Below, one piece after another: positions 1 through 9,878 of a stretch of 64,000 nt of DNA. The translations under genes and the position numbers were made by a program. Origin of the DNA: a bacterium. Its GTDB lineage: Bacteria; UBP4; UBA4092; JAOAEQ01. Under the pieces are notes generated by a model. It was not told the origin of the DNA. It was given only the letters and a program-made list of their open reading frames with translations, and searched no databases. Positions within the stretch are counted from its first letter, which is position 1. Every line of letters starts with the position of its first letter. The stretch lies in contig JAOAEQ010000005.1 of the NCBI GenBank assembly GCA_026416715.1, positions 1,190 to 65,189 of the forward strand, in the 5' to 3' direction.

Positions 1-382
1 ATTAAAACGATACCACAAGAAATCCCCTTATCGCGAATAGCTGCCGTTTGTTTTAACCCAAAACTGTATCTGCTAGAAAAAAATCAGATTGCGGCTACTA
101 TCAATGCTTCTAAGCTTTCTGTTAGATAGAAAAGGAAATATTATCCATCTTGTATAAAATATGGCGTTAGCACCTTGACAAAAACCTCCTGGTTACCAGT
201 CGAATTATCGCGATTTGAACGGAATACAAAAATAGTATTTCTCTATTCAGACAAAATTGCGTTCTACTAACCCGTTCTGATTCAATCTCAAAACGGTTTT
301 TTATTTTGCCTGTTTACTATTACCAAACTTTCCTGATTTCATTGTTTCATGGTATTATAATTACGTTAGAAAGGAATATCTT

Positions 383-781
383 ATGCGGAAACAAGCACAG
401 TTATGGTTCCGGCAAGCGGAAGCTGATTTAAAAGCTGCAAATGATAGTTTCGCTGATAGAAATTATGAATGGAGTTGTTTTCAAGCACAGCAGAGCGCTG
501 AAAAGGCTCTCAAAGCATACCTCTATAATTTAGGATATACCTCGTTAACCACTCATTCAATAAAACTGTTGATTAATGAAGCACAAAAAAAAGAAAAAAG
601 ATTTTTGAAATTAGATACTCCTGCTCGAATTCTCGACAGCTATTATATTCCGACTCGATATCCGAATGGATTAGATGCGGATACTGCACCAGTTGATTAT
701 TATGATAAAAAGGATGCAAAACAATGCCTAAACTATGCAACATTAATATTGACCACCGTGAAACAATTACTCAAGAAATGA
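383..781 (+). CDS. HEPN domain protein (putative toxin partner of a HEPN/MNT pair)
   Basis: 132 aa ORF with C-terminal IPTRYPNG motif typical of classical HEPN domains; its TGA stop overlaps the ATG of the next ORF (ATGA at 778-781); AAAGGA Shine-Dalgarno-like element upstream. Confidence 0.7.
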   Translation: MRKQAQLWFRQAEADLKAANDSFADRNYEWSCFQAQQSAEKALKAYLYNLGYTSLTTHSIKLLINEAQKKEKRFLKLDTPARILDSYYIPTRYPNGLDADTAPVDYYDKKDAKQCLNYATLILTTVKQLLKK

Positions 782-1089
782 AAAAATTTATCACCCGGTT
801 ACTTCGGAAATATTCAATTCACCGTATCTATCTTTTTGGTTCATTCGCTAGAAACCAACTCCATGAAGGTAGTGATATTGATTTGATTATTGTTGGTGAT
901 TTTCAAGGAAAGATGTTTGAACGAATTGCTACAGTACTCCAACTTACCGATTTACCTATAGAACCCTTAGTTTATACTCCAGATGAATTCAATAAAATGA
1001 GAAAACAGAATTGCTTTCTCAAGAAAGCAATCGCTGAAAGTAAACGACTATACCCTGAAAATAGTTACCAAAATATATTCAAAGTCTAA
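778..1089 (+). CDS. Minimal nucleotidyltransferase (MNT, Pol-beta superfamily)
   Basis: LFGSFARNQLHEGSDIDLII matches the GSxxxG...DxD nucleotidyltransferase signature; start chosen at the internal Met (778) that overlaps the HEPN stop, not the track start at 724. Confidence 0.75.
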   Translation: MKKFITRLLRKYSIHRIYLFGSFARNQLHEGSDIDLIIVGDFQGKMFERIATVLQLTDLPIEPLVYTPDEFNKMRKQNCFLKKAIAESKRLYPENSYQNIFKV

Positions 1090-1172
1090 CCAAGGTTAAA
1101 TAAACAAACATTAAGTCTAGTCATAGTTTCGATGGAGAGAACTATAGTAAAATCCAACCAATAATACATTCA

Positions 1173-3251
1173 ATGATCTCTTCTACACGGTTAATCGGAA
1201 TTATAGTTGCGTGCATTGCATGCTGTATATATCTTTATACTCTCTGTCCCACGGTATATGTTGGCGATAGCGGAGAATTAACCGCAGCTGCGTATACGCT
1301 CGGAATCGCGCATCCGCCAGGGTATCCCCTACTCTGTTTAACCGGTAAAATCTTCACGTGGATTCCCGTCGGCGATATTGCATATCGGATAAATCTTCTT
1401 TCAGCTTTTTTCGCTGCAGGAACAATCTTTTTCCTGTTCCTCCTATTAATCAAATTAACTAATAATCAATTCGCTGCTGCTAGCGGCAGCTTACTCTTCG
1501 CATTTTCGCAGACGTTCTGGAGCCAGGCGAATATCGGGAAAAGCAGTTATGCGATGAATAGTTTTTTTACCATCGTTATTTTACTTTGTCTCTATCTATG
1601 GAGTGAACGACAAATGAACGTTACTCCACATAAACCTACACCGCATAATGCTGGAATACAATATCTGTATGTATCAGGATTATGTTTCGGATTAGGATTA
1701 TCCAATCACCATACGCTCCTGCTATGGTTACCGCTCTATATTCTATTTATCATTTATATTCATATACGAACTGTACGAGTGAATAAACAAAAACAATCTA
1801 AAAAATCGAATTCGGGACAACCGAAAAAAGTCGGAGAAACTTATATAACCGTTTATCTCATGCTCATTTTTTTCTTCATCCTCGGACTAGCACTCTATGT
1901 ATATCTCCCACTTCGCGCAACATTAAATCCGCCAGTAAACTGGGGTATTCCAGATAATGTAGAACGGTTCGTTGCCCATTTAGTTCGAAAACAATATGGA
2001 AGTATGAGTTTTAATTTTACTCTGCCAAGAACGTTAGATTTGCTACTTCAGCAGGTTATCGTGTATGGAAAACTGCTCAGCGCTCAATTCAGTCCGTTCA
2101 TGCTCGGCTTTGCTATGGTAGGTATGCTATTTCTTTTTTGGAAGAATAAACCCAGTTCTACGTGCCAAATTCAGCCGTTTTCCTGGCTTTTACTCGGGAT
2201 ATTTATTTTGTATAGCTTCGGATTAATATATCTTATTAACTATCGGATTACTACCGAAGAAATTACACTCGCGCATGTCTTTTTTATCCCGTCATACTTG
2301 ATAGTAGCTATCTGGATATCATTCGGTATATCATTCATAATGCGATACTTACAGAAATACTATTTAACGATAAATAAATCAATCGCTTATATATTATTAC
2401 TCTTACCACTAATTCCATTGCTGAGTAACTATAAACTTAACAATCGGCTTGGTAATAGATTCGGTGAACTGTATGGGAAAAATATATTATCTGCATTACC
2501 ACAAAACGCTATTCTCTTCTCCATACGCGATAGTAATAATTTTACACTCGCTTATCAAAAAATTGTTAATAAACAACGACCAGATATTACTATCTATGAT
2601 ATGAGCGGAGGATTGTTTGAAGATGCGAGCGGGGGATACCGGAAACAAAAATGGCAATTATCCGAACCAGAAATGGCAGAACGGCGTACCCAATATTTCA
2701 ACCAACTCCTCGCACGAAATAACAATCAACACCAGATATTTTTCGAAATTCCTGTCGAAATGACTGCTTTCCCTGGATATACACTCAAACATGATAGCTA
2801 TTTTTATCGTGTCGTCTCTGTAACAGATACATCTCGAGTTTACTTTAACCCAGCAGAACTTGAAGATATTGATAGATATTACCATTCCTGGGAACAGAAT
2901 AATCTTATTACCCGTATCGTGAATTTCTATGTTCGAGAAGCGTTAATTGATTACCATTTCCATCTCGGGAAATATTATCTCGCAATTGGCGACCAGAAGA
3001 AAGCATTTGACCATTTTTCTCGTGCTGAAACGATCGGGGCAGATTTCTCCCAGGTGTATAATAATCTCGGAACTATTTATTATGAATTAGGTAAATTCGA
3101 TTTAGCGGTAGAAAAATATAAACAGGCAATCGCTATAGCTCCATCGAACCGAGAAGCATATTATAACCTTGCGCTCTATTATCAAAATATTGCAAAAAAT
3201 CCGGTTTTAGCTCAATTCTACTATCAACAATTCGAATCTCGAAATAGGTAA
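1173..3251 (+). CDS. DUF2723-like polytopic membrane protein (putative GT-C-type glycosyltransferase) with C-terminal TPR repeats
   Basis: 692 aa; N-terminal YVGDSGELTAAAYTLGIAHPPGYPL motif characteristic of DUF2723/TMEM260-like proteins; many hydrophobic segments; C-terminal YNNLGTIYYELGKFDLAVEKYKQAIAIAP TPR-like repeats. Confidence 0.65.
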   Translation: MISSTRLIGIIVACIACCIYLYTLCPTVYVGDSGELTAAAYTLGIAHPPGYPLLCLTGKIFTWIPVGDIAYRINLLSAFFAAGTIFFLFLLLIKLTNNQFAAASGSLLFAFSQTFWSQANIGKSSYAMNSFFTIVILLCLYLWSERQMNVTPHKPTPHNAGIQYLYVSGLCFGLGLSNHHTLLLWLPLYILFIIYIHIRTVRVNKQKQSKKSNSGQPKKVGETYITVYLMLIFFFILGLALYVYLPLRATLNPPVNWGIPDNVERFVAHLVRKQYGSMSFNFTLPRTLDLLLQQVIVYGKLLSAQFSPFMLGFAMVGMLFLFWKNKPSSTCQIQPFSWLLLGIFILYSFGLIYLINYRITTEEITLAHVFFIPSYLIVAIWISFGISFIMRYLQKYYLTINKSIAYILLLLPLIPLLSNYKLNNRLGNRFGELYGKNILSALPQNAILFSIRDSNNFTLAYQKIVNKQRPDITIYDMSGGLFEDASGGYRKQKWQLSEPEMAERRTQYFNQLLARNNNQHQIFFEIPVEMTAFPGYTLKHDSYFYRVVSVTDTSRVYFNPAELEDIDRYYHSWEQNNLITRIVNFYVREALIDYHFHLGKYYLAIGDQKKAFDHFSRAETIGADFSQVYNNLGTIYYELGKFDLAVEKYKQAIAIAPSNREAYYNLALYYQNIAKNPVLAQFYYQQFESRNR

Positions 3252-3288
3252 ATAACCCGCTCTACCTACCTTACATTTGTTTAACCTG

Positions 3289-3333
3289 TGGAGTTGAGTG
3301 GGAATTGCTTTGAGCAATTCCCACTCAACTCCA
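3289..3333 (+). terminator. Perfect 19-bp-stem hairpin downstream of the DUF2723-like gene
   Basis: GGAGTTGAGTGGGAATTGC (3290-3308), loop TTTGA, GCAATTCCCACTCAACTCC (3314-3332); exact reverse complements; only a weak T-rich tail follows. Confidence 0.4.
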
Positions 3334-3371
3334 GTAGTTCAGCTTTCTTACTTACTTCGATAATCAAATTT

Positions 3372-3400
3372 TAGACAAAAGAGGGATTTTTTGATATAAT
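3372..3400 (+). promoter_or_regulatory. Putative sigma70-type promoter for rpmE with extended -10
   Basis: TAGACA (3372-3377), 17-nt spacer, TGaTATAAT (3392-3400), about 48 nt upstream of the rpmE ATG; AAAGGAG ribosome-binding site before the start codon. Confidence 0.4.
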
Positions 3401-3447
3401 AGATAGTTCAATACATAAAGTTTTCTTAATAAAGGAGTAGAGAGCTG

Positions 3448-3693
3448 ATGAAAGAGAAAATCCATCCGCAGTATTATCAAGTAACCATAAAATGCGCTTG
3501 CGGTGCCGTATATGAAACCGGTAGTACCAGAAAAGACTACCATGTCGAAATCTGTTCCGCCTGTCATCCCTTTTTTACCGGGAAACAGAAATTAGTCGAT
3601 TCTGCTGGTCGAGTTGACCGATTCCAGAGAAGAGCGGAAAAAACTGCTGCGGTTACCGCTACAGCGAGCGCAGCGAAAAAAACCAGTAGTTAG
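3448..3693 (+). CDS. rpmE: 50S ribosomal protein L31
   Basis: 81 aa; [10 protein letters not shown]..., Cys-pair zinc ribbon (CACG...[13 protein letters not shown]) and GRVDRF motif match L31. Confidence 0.9.
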   Translation: MKEKIHPQYYQVTIKCACGAVYETGSTRKDYHVEICSACHPFFTGKQKLVDSAGRVDRFQRRAEKTAAVTATASAAKKTSS

Positions 3694-3709
3694 CTTCGTT
3701 TCCCTTATA

Positions 3710-3778
3710 ATGCAGGATAGTAGTTTACTATTTATACCCTTGGGTATAACCGCAATATAGACTACCCTGCATTTTTTA
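3710..3778 (+). terminator. Putative intrinsic terminator of rpmE (compound hairpin followed by T-run)
   Basis: ATGCAGG (3710-3716) pairs with CCTGCAT (3766-3772), enclosing the inner palindrome TATACCC-TT-GGGTATA; followed by TTTTTT (3772-3777). Confidence 0.45.
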
Positions 3779-3805
3779 TTTACCCATAATTCAAGCACGA
3801 GCAAT

Positions 3806-4801
3806 ATGTTCTCTATTTCTAAAGAAGATTTTGCGGTCGGCGGTCAAGCGGTAATTGAAGGAGTTTTGATTCGCGGGTCTAAAGGATATACGATTGCGGT
3901 TCGCCATCCGAACGGGAATATCATCACTCATCAGGAATCGCGCATACCGTTGCACCAAAAATATCGATGGCTAGGGATTCCATTTATTCGTGGGATCATT
4001 GTTCTCATTGAATCGCTAGCGATAGGGTTCCGAGCGCTAGAATTTTCTGCAAATATCGCCATAGCAGAAGAGCCGCAACCGGAAAAAGAAAAAAAAGCGT
4101 TTGGTCCGGTATCGCTCGTGGTATCAGTATTGGTAGCATTTTTCCTAGGAATTTTCCTATTTATCGTTATCCCGAACGTAGTTACGCAATGGCTCGGAAT
4201 TCAAGAGACCGCTATCCATAGCGGAACGCAAAACGGTTCGGATATCGGGTTGGCGAAACAAGCGTTTACTTCATTTTGGTTTCATATTGTTGCTGGGCTT
4301 TTGCGCATCCTGATTTTTCTTGGGTATATTATTGCGATATCATTTTTAAAGGATATACGGCGGGTATTTGAATATCACGGGGCGGAACATAAAAGTATTT
4401 TTGCGTACGAATCCGGTTTAGAACTGAATGTTGATAATGTTAAACAATTTTCGACTAAACATCCTCGCTGCGGGACTAGTTTTATTATTATGGTGCTATT
4501 AATCAGTATTTTCATATTTGCCATTATTCCAAGTATCTTAAGTTGGTTAACTCCTGCGTTCAACGGATTATCCGTATGGAAACAAAAATTGATTTTAATC
4601 CCACTGCATATCATACTCGTTCTCCCGATTGCTGGGGTCGCTTATGAAATCAATAAATTCGCTGCAAAAAGAAAAAACCGATGGTATATCCGCTGGTTAA
4701 TCGCTCCGGGATTATGGCTGCAACGCATTACTACCCGTGAACCGGACGATAAACAAATTGAAGTTGCATTAACTGCACTATATAAAACATTAGAGTTATA
4801 A
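3806..4801 (+). CDS. DUF1385-like membrane-associated protein
   Basis: 331 aa; N-terminal GGQAVIEGVLIRG and hydrophobic segments resembling the DUF1385 family; placed between rpmE and prfA, a context I recall for this family. Confidence 0.55.
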   Translation: MFSISKEDFAVGGQAVIEGVLIRGSKGYTIAVRHPNGNIITHQESRIPLHQKYRWLGIPFIRGIIVLIESLAIGFRALEFSANIAIAEEPQPEKEKKAFGPVSLVVSVLVAFFLGIFLFIVIPNVVTQWLGIQETAIHSGTQNGSDIGLAKQAFTSFWFHIVAGLLRILIFLGYIIAISFLKDIRRVFEYHGAEHKSIFAYESGLELNVDNVKQFSTKHPRCGTSFIIMVLLISIFIFAIIPSILSWLTPAFNGLSVWKQKLILIPLHIILVLPIAGVAYEINKFAAKRKNRWYIRWLIAPGLWLQRITTREPDDKQIEVALTALYKTLEL

Positions 4802-4849
4802 AGAAAAACTGACATCAAACATACCAAACTATTTCTTTGGGTATAGGTT

Positions 4850-5929
4850 ATGGACAATAATCTAATCGCTAAACTTGATGCAATTGTCAAACAGAAAACC
4901 GAACTTGAATCAATGTTAAGCAATCCTGCTATTGCAAGTAATCCATCGGAATTAACTCGAATTGGTAAAACGCTATCCGGATTGAATCCGATTGTAACAA
5001 AATATTTGGAATATAAAACGGTTGAAAAGGAAAAAGAAGATACGAAATTATTACTAGCCGATGCGGATAAAGCTGTGGTTGAATTAGCGAAAACCGAATT
5101 ACCGGTTCTGGAAGAGAAACTGATTAAACTCGAACGAGAATTGAAAGAAGCGTTGCTCCCGAAAGACCCAAATGATGAAAAGAATATTATTGTTGAAATC
5201 CGGGCGGGTACTGGCGGAGAGGAAGCTTCATTATTTGCTGGCGATTTATTTCGGATGTATGGCAAATATGCTGAAAAACAGGGATGGAAACTTGAAATTA
5301 TCGACGGGAATCAGAGCGATTTAGGCGGGTATAAAGAAATTATATTTAGTGTTGAAGGGAAACGTGTTTATAGCCGATTAAAATATGAACAGGGTGTGCA
5401 TCGAGTTCAACGCATACCGGTTACGGAAGCAAGTGGCCGAATCCATACTTCCACGGTAACGGTAGCGGTTCTCCCAGAAGCGGAAGAGATAGAATTAGAG
5501 ATTAAACCGGAAGATTTAAAAATTGATATCTGTTGTTCCGGTGGTCCTGGCGGTCAAGGAGTAAATACGACTTACTCAGCGGTTCAAATCACGCATTTAC
5601 CAACTGGTATGATTGTCCGCTGTCAAGATGAACGGTCTCAAATTAAAAATAAAGCGAAAGCTATGAAAGTGCTCCGTGCACGATTATTAGATAAACTACG
5701 GCAGGAACAACATCAGCAGATTTCTGAAACCCGTCGGGCGCAAATCGGTTCCGGTGAACGGAGTGAAAAAATTCGGACGTATAATTTCCCGCAAAATCGT
5801 ATTACTGACCATCGTATTGGACAAAGCTGGCATAACCTTGAAGTAATACTTTCCGGTGAACTGGACGAAATCATTGATGCATTAACCGCATACGATATCC
5901 AAAATCGGTTAGCTTCGTTTACGCTCTAA
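4850..5929 (+). CDS. prfA: Peptide chain release factor 1
   Basis: 359 aa; GGQ motif ([12 protein letters not shown]) and PVT tripeptide ([10 protein letters not shown]), which distinguishes RF1 from RF2. Confidence 0.95.
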   Translation: MDNNLIAKLDAIVKQKTELESMLSNPAIASNPSELTRIGKTLSGLNPIVTKYLEYKTVEKEKEDTKLLLADADKAVVELAKTELPVLEEKLIKLERELKEALLPKDPNDEKNIIVEIRAGTGGEEASLFAGDLFRMYGKYAEKQGWKLEIIDGNQSDLGGYKEIIFSVEGKRVYSRLKYEQGVHRVQRIPVTEASGRIHTSTVTVAVLPEAEEIELEIKPEDLKIDICCSGGPGGQGVNTTYSAVQITHLPTGMIVRCQDERSQIKNKAKAMKVLRARLLDKLRQEQHQQISETRRAQIGSGERSEKIRTYNFPQNRITDHRIGQSWHNLEVILSGELDEIIDALTAYDIQNRLASFTL

Positions 5930-6001
5930 CTATTTTAAAGTTTTTCTTGACAATTTTCACGTAACTCGTTATACTTGCATAGTCTAATTAAACAATTGAC
6001 T

Positions 6002-6337
6002 ATGGCAAAAATACCGTCGGAAAAACTTTATTATACGATACGGGAAGTAAGTAAACTCCTCGGAATAAAAGAATACGTGCTCCGATATTGGGAAACCGAA
6101 TTCCCGACATTACGACCTTTAAAAAGTAGTAGTGGCCAACGGAAATATAAACAGAAGGATATTGAAAAACTGCAGCGAATTAAACACCTACTCTATGAAG
6201 AACAATATACTATTGCAGGAGCAAAACGGAAATTAGCGGAAGAAGAATTACCGCCGGAGAAAAAACAGGAATTAGTCGAATTGCTCAATTATACCAAAAA
6301 AGAATTGAACGCTATCCTAACCAAACTGAATCGATAA
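6002..6337 (+). CDS. MerR-family helix-turn-helix transcriptional regulator
   Basis: YTIREVSKLLGIKEYVLRYWETEF resembles the MerR-type HTH followed by a coiled-coil-like tail; start taken at the internal Met (MAKIP). Confidence 0.55.
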   Translation: MAKIPSEKLYYTIREVSKLLGIKEYVLRYWETEFPTLRPLKSSSGQRKYKQKDIEKLQRIKHLLYEEQYTIAGAKRKLAEEELPPEKKQELVELLNYTKKELNAILTKLNR

Positions 6338-6372
6338 CCAAAAACGATACTCTCGGATATATCATACCAATG

Positions 6373-6451
6373 CGGGGCGTAGCGCAGTCCGGTTTAGCGC
6401 GCTTGCTTGGGGTGCAAGAGGTCACCGGTTCAAATCCGGTCGCCCCGACCA
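6373..6451 (+). tRNA. tRNA-Pro: tRNA-Pro (anticodon GGG)
   Basis: Hand-folded cloverleaf: acceptor CGGGGCG/CGCCCCG, D stem GCGC/GCGC, anticodon stem CTTGC/GCAAG with loop TTGGGGT (anticodon GGG at 6409-6411), T stem ACCGG/CCGGT with loop TTCAAAT, discriminator A and encoded CCA. Confidence 0.88.
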
Positions 6452-6466
6452 GAGTTAAAACCTTCC

Positions 6467-7633
6467 TTATAATTTCTTGATATAATCTACATAGTTGCAA
6501 TAGTTCTGCTTCATTTCAGGAAGCGAATCTCCACCGAATTTTTCGCACATAGCGTTCGCTAATTCTATTGCAACCATTGATTCACCCACAACCGCTGCTG
6601 AAGGAACAGCGCATACATCTGACCGTTCTGTTGCTGCAACTGTTTTCTCTTTTGAAACCAAATCAACGGAATCTAACGGTTGCATTAAGGTTGAAATCGG
6701 TTTCATTACCGCTCGAATAACCAATCGTTCTCCAGTAGTTACCCCGCCTTCAAGTCCACCGGCATTATTGGTTTTTCGGAAAAACTTTCCTTGTTCATAA
6801 TAGATAGCATCGTGAACCTGTGACCCAAATTTATTCGCAACTGCGAATCCGGCTCCGAATTCAACTCCTTTAATCGCGGGGATACTCATAATCGCTTGCG
6901 CTAATCTTCCGTCCAGCCGATTATCCCATTGGGTATAACTCCCCAACCCTATCGGGAGACCATCAACTAATATTTCAAAGATGCCGCCAACAGTATTCCC
7001 ATGTTCTTTTGCAGTATCAATTATTTCCTGCATTTTTAAACTAATTTCAGGTGATACACACCGAACTAATGATGCCTCTGTTAACTGCGCTATTTTATCA
7101 ATTGACCATTGCGAAACATCAACCGAACTTTGTACTCCGCCAATATTCGTGACCTGACTCGTAATGTTAATATTAAACTCTTTCAAAAACAGTTTCGTAA
7201 TAGCACCTATCGCCACAATTGCTACCGTCGTTCGCGCACTGCTGCGTTCCAGTACATTCCGAATATCTCTATGTCCAAATTTAATTGCACCGACTAAATC
7301 CGCATGACCTGGTCTCGGCTGGGTCAACGGAGAAAATGTTTTCCCTGCAGGTAAGGGTTCAACCGCCATTTTCTCCTGCCAATTTTCCCAATCTTTATTT
7401 CGAACGAATAGCGTTATCGGACTGCCGAGCGTTTTCCCGAAACGAACCCCCGAAATAATCTCAACAGTATCAGATTCAATTTGCATGCGCGTTCCGCGAC
7501 CATACCCCATTTGGCGTCGTTTCAACTCTAAATTGATCGCGTCAATCGAAATTTCTAACCCAGCTGGAATACCATCAAGTATAGCGGTTATTGCTTGGCC
7601 ATGCGATTCACCAGCGGTTAAATATCGAATCAT
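6467..7633 (-). CDS. aroC: Chorismate synthase
   Basis: 388 aa; N-terminal RYLTAGESHGQAITAILDGIPAGL and overall AroC-like sequence. Confidence 0.95.
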   Translation of the reverse strand: MIRYLTAGESHGQAITAILDGIPAGLEISIDAINLELKRRQMGYGRGTRMQIESDTVEIISGVRFGKTLGSPITLFVRNKDWENWQEKMAVEPLPAGKTFSPLTQPRPGHADLVGAIKFGHRDIRNVLERSSARTTVAIVAIGAITKLFLKEFNINITSQVTNIGGVQSSVDVSQWSIDKIAQLTEASLVRCVSPEISLKMQEIIDTAKEHGNTVGGIFEILVDGLPIGLGSYTQWDNRLDGRLAQAIMSIPAIKGVEFGAGFAVANKFGSQVHDAIYYEQGKFFRKTNNAGGLEGGVTTGERLVIRAVMKPISTLMQPLDSVDLVSKEKTVAATERSDVCAVPSAAVVGESMVAIELANAMCEKFGGDSLPEMKQNYCNYVDYIKKL

Positions 7634-7681
7634 AGGTACTCCTTTTTATGAATGGCAATAAGGATTGTTTTCTTCTTGTTA

Positions 7682-8557
7682 TCAACTACTTTGTTTAGAT
7701 CTTGCAAGATAATCTAAGATAGCTTGTTGCATTATTTCAACCGGTGGTTGAATTCCAGTCCAGATTTCAAATGCAGCGGCACCCTGCTCAATCAACATTC
7801 TTAAACCGTTAGTAGCGCTACATCCTCTCTCTTTTGCCGTACGAACCAATTTTGTTTCTAATGGATTATAGATTAAATCAAATACTTTCAACTCTTTGTT
7901 TAACCATTCCGGTTGAATCAGAAGCGGGTCTTCCGGTTGCATACCAATTGGAGTCGCATTAACAAGAATATCCGCTTTCGATAAAACTGATTGCAAATCC
8001 ACGAATTCGATTGATTCCGCTGCGACCTTCGGATTACTTCGTTTTATATCAGCAACTAATTTCTGCGCCCGTTCTTTAACTATATCCATAATATATATTG
8101 CTTTAAGGTTAGATAATGCTGATTGTATTCCTACCGCGCGAGCTCCACCACCGGCACCTAGTAATACCATGGTTTTGCCTTCTATGACCATATTTAATTC
8201 TGATAATAAAGCGGTAATAAACCCTACCCCATCGGTATTATATCCAATCAGCCGTTCCTGCGCATCAATTTTTATGGTATTCACCGCACCGATTAATTCC
8301 GCTGTTGGTGAAATTTCATCTAGTAATGGAATAACCGTTTCTTTATGTGGAATGGTTATATTCAATCCTTTAAATCCCAGCGGAACAATCGCTTTCATAG
8401 CTAAATTCAGTCTCTCCGGCGGAATACTAAACGGGATATAAACGAAATCGAGTCCGAGGAACGTAAACGCTGCGTTATGGATAATTGGCGAAAAAGTATG
8501 TTTCACCGGATATCCGAACAACCCGATGAGTTGCGTGGTTCCAGAAATATTCATCAT
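7682..8557 (-). CDS. aroE: Shikimate dehydrogenase
   Basis: AroE-like motifs (GYNTDGVGF, GAGGGARAV Rossmann loop); start placed at the internal MMNISG so that it abuts the pilD stop instead of the longer track ORF. Confidence 0.85.
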   Translation of the reverse strand: MMNISGTTQLIGLFGYPVKHTFSPIIHNAAFTFLGLDFVYIPFSIPPERLNLAMKAIVPLGFKGLNITIPHKETVIPLLDEISPTAELIGAVNTIKIDAQERLIGYNTDGVGFITALLSELNMVIEGKTMVLLGAGGGARAVGIQSALSNLKAIYIMDIVKERAQKLVADIKRSNPKVAAESIEFVDLQSVLSKADILVNATPIGMQPEDPLLIQPEWLNKELKVFDLIYNPLETKLVRTAKERGCSATNGLRMLIEQGAAAFEIWTGIQPPVEIMQQAILDYLARSKQSS

Positions 8558-9441
8558 CGTACTCCTGGAGGTAATTCTGTAAACCCTAATAAATGATTGA
8601 AATACCAATTAATGATATCATTCCCCCAAATTAACGCGATAAACGCTCCGAGCGCTAAATACGGACCGAACGGGATGTAATGCCCGAACGGTGTCGTTTC
8701 CTTTTCTTTTCGTTTAGCTTGTATTAACACGAATGCACCAATAATCGAACCAACAAACGATGCAAGTATTAAGGTTAATAAAACTAATTTATATCCGATA
8801 AACGTTCCCAGTGCAGCGAGTAGTTTTACATCACCACCGCCCATCGCTTCTTTTTTAATGAGCCATTTTGCGGTTATGCCAATCAACCATAATATTCCGC
8901 CACCTACCGCAAAACCAAATAACGAATTATAAACCGGATAGCATTTTCCTGTCGCTGCGGAAAATGGACCTGACATCTCCCCGCTAATAAGAAACGTTGG
9001 ATTCGGTATAAAAACCAGGATAATACTTACTACCACACCAAGTATCATAACTGGATAGGTTATAACATCCGGAATAATGAAATGGTCAAGGTCAATAAAA
9101 GTCAGGGCAATTAATGACCCGACAACAACTAAATAGGTGAATGATACAAAATTCACCCCATCGAATTTCCAAATGACAATAACAAAGAGAATACCGGTTA
9201 ATAATTCGACAATAAAATAACGGAAACTAATCGGAGTTTTACAATGCCGACATTTTCCTCGTAAGATTAAATAACTTAATAGTGGGATATTATCATACCA
9301 AGCGACCAGTGCATTACATTTCGGACAATGTGACCGAGGTTTAACAATCGATTGATTTAATGGGATACGATAAATACAAACGTTCAAAAAACTGCCAATA
9401 GCTAACCCGAATATAAATATGATAATATATGGAATAACCAT
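8554..9441 (-). CDS. Prepilin (type IV leader) peptidase, A24 family
   Basis: Cys-rich zinc-binding N-terminal region (CPKCNALVAWYDNIPLLSYLILRGKCRHCKT) and polytopic membrane core typical of PilD-type peptidases; second in-frame ATG has a GAGG Shine-Dalgarno element. Confidence 0.85.
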   Translation of the reverse strand: MVIPYIIIFIFGLAIGSFLNVCIYRIPLNQSIVKPRSHCPKCNALVAWYDNIPLLSYLILRGKCRHCKTPISFRYFIVELLTGILFVIVIWKFDGVNFVSFTYLVVVGSLIALTFIDLDHFIIPDVITYPVMILGVVVSIILVFIPNPTFLISGEMSGPFSAATGKCYPVYNSLFGFAVGGGILWLIGITAKWLIKKEAMGGGDVKLLAALGTFIGYKLVLLTLILASFVGSIIGAFVLIQAKRKEKETTPFGHYIPFGPYLALGAFIALIWGNDIINWYFNHLLGFTELPPGVR

Positions 9442-9470
9442 GGTAACCTCTGTCATTTTGGTATAATAAA

Positions 9471-9523
9471 GCAGAAGATTGAAAAACGCTCCGAGGAAAA
9501 ATCTTTTTCCTCATATCTTCTGC
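9471..9523 (-). promoter_or_regulatory. Nested palindromes in the leader upstream of the pilD-aroE-aroC transcription unit
   Basis: Outer arms GCAGAAGAT (9471-9479) and ATCTTCTGC (9515-9523); inner perfect palindrome GAGGAAAAA-TC-TTTTTCCTC (9493-9512); on the minus strand the structure is followed by TTTATTATACC just before the start codon. Confidence 0.3.
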
Positions 9524-9878
9524 TAGGTTATAACTATTTTATAATAATTAGTATAAAGGTTCTAGCAAAATTACGCAAATGTTTTTATATAATTAACAAA
9601 ATCATTACTATCAAGAACTAATTGTATCAGGTTTTAGGGTATATAATTTACCTCATTTGCCTTATTTGATTGTGAGGTCGTGCAAAGTGGTACTAGAATT
9701 GTACCTTATGGTTATATGAGAATCTTGCCATTCTGAATCCAGCTTATTCCTATATAGCAAATTTATGGCGTGATTTTTGCACAATGTTTGGATAGATAGC
9801 ACGATTACTGTGATTTAAATCTTCGTATCAAAATTAAATCACTGTAATCAAACAGTATAAGAAAGGAGGGTAAACTCT

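Noticed and set aside
1-126. Open frame from the window edge to a TAG at 124-126 (possible 3' end of an upstream gene)
   Set aside because: Only 41 codons, no recognisable motif; cannot be distinguished from a chance open frame.
3364-3567. 67 aa minus-strand ORF over the rpmE promoter and N-terminus
   Set aside because: Antisense to rpmE and its promoter; rpmE is clearly the real gene.
4642-5265. 207 aa minus-strand ORF overlapping the 3' end of the DUF1385-like gene and the 5' part of prfA
   Set aside because: Antisense to the highly conserved prfA; the product is low-complexity and Ser-rich with no recognisable domain. Treated as a spurious antisense frame.
6312-6500. 62 aa minus-strand ORF spanning the tRNA-Pro gene
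   Set aside because: It overlaps a well-folded tRNA and the aroC stop region; open frame by chance.
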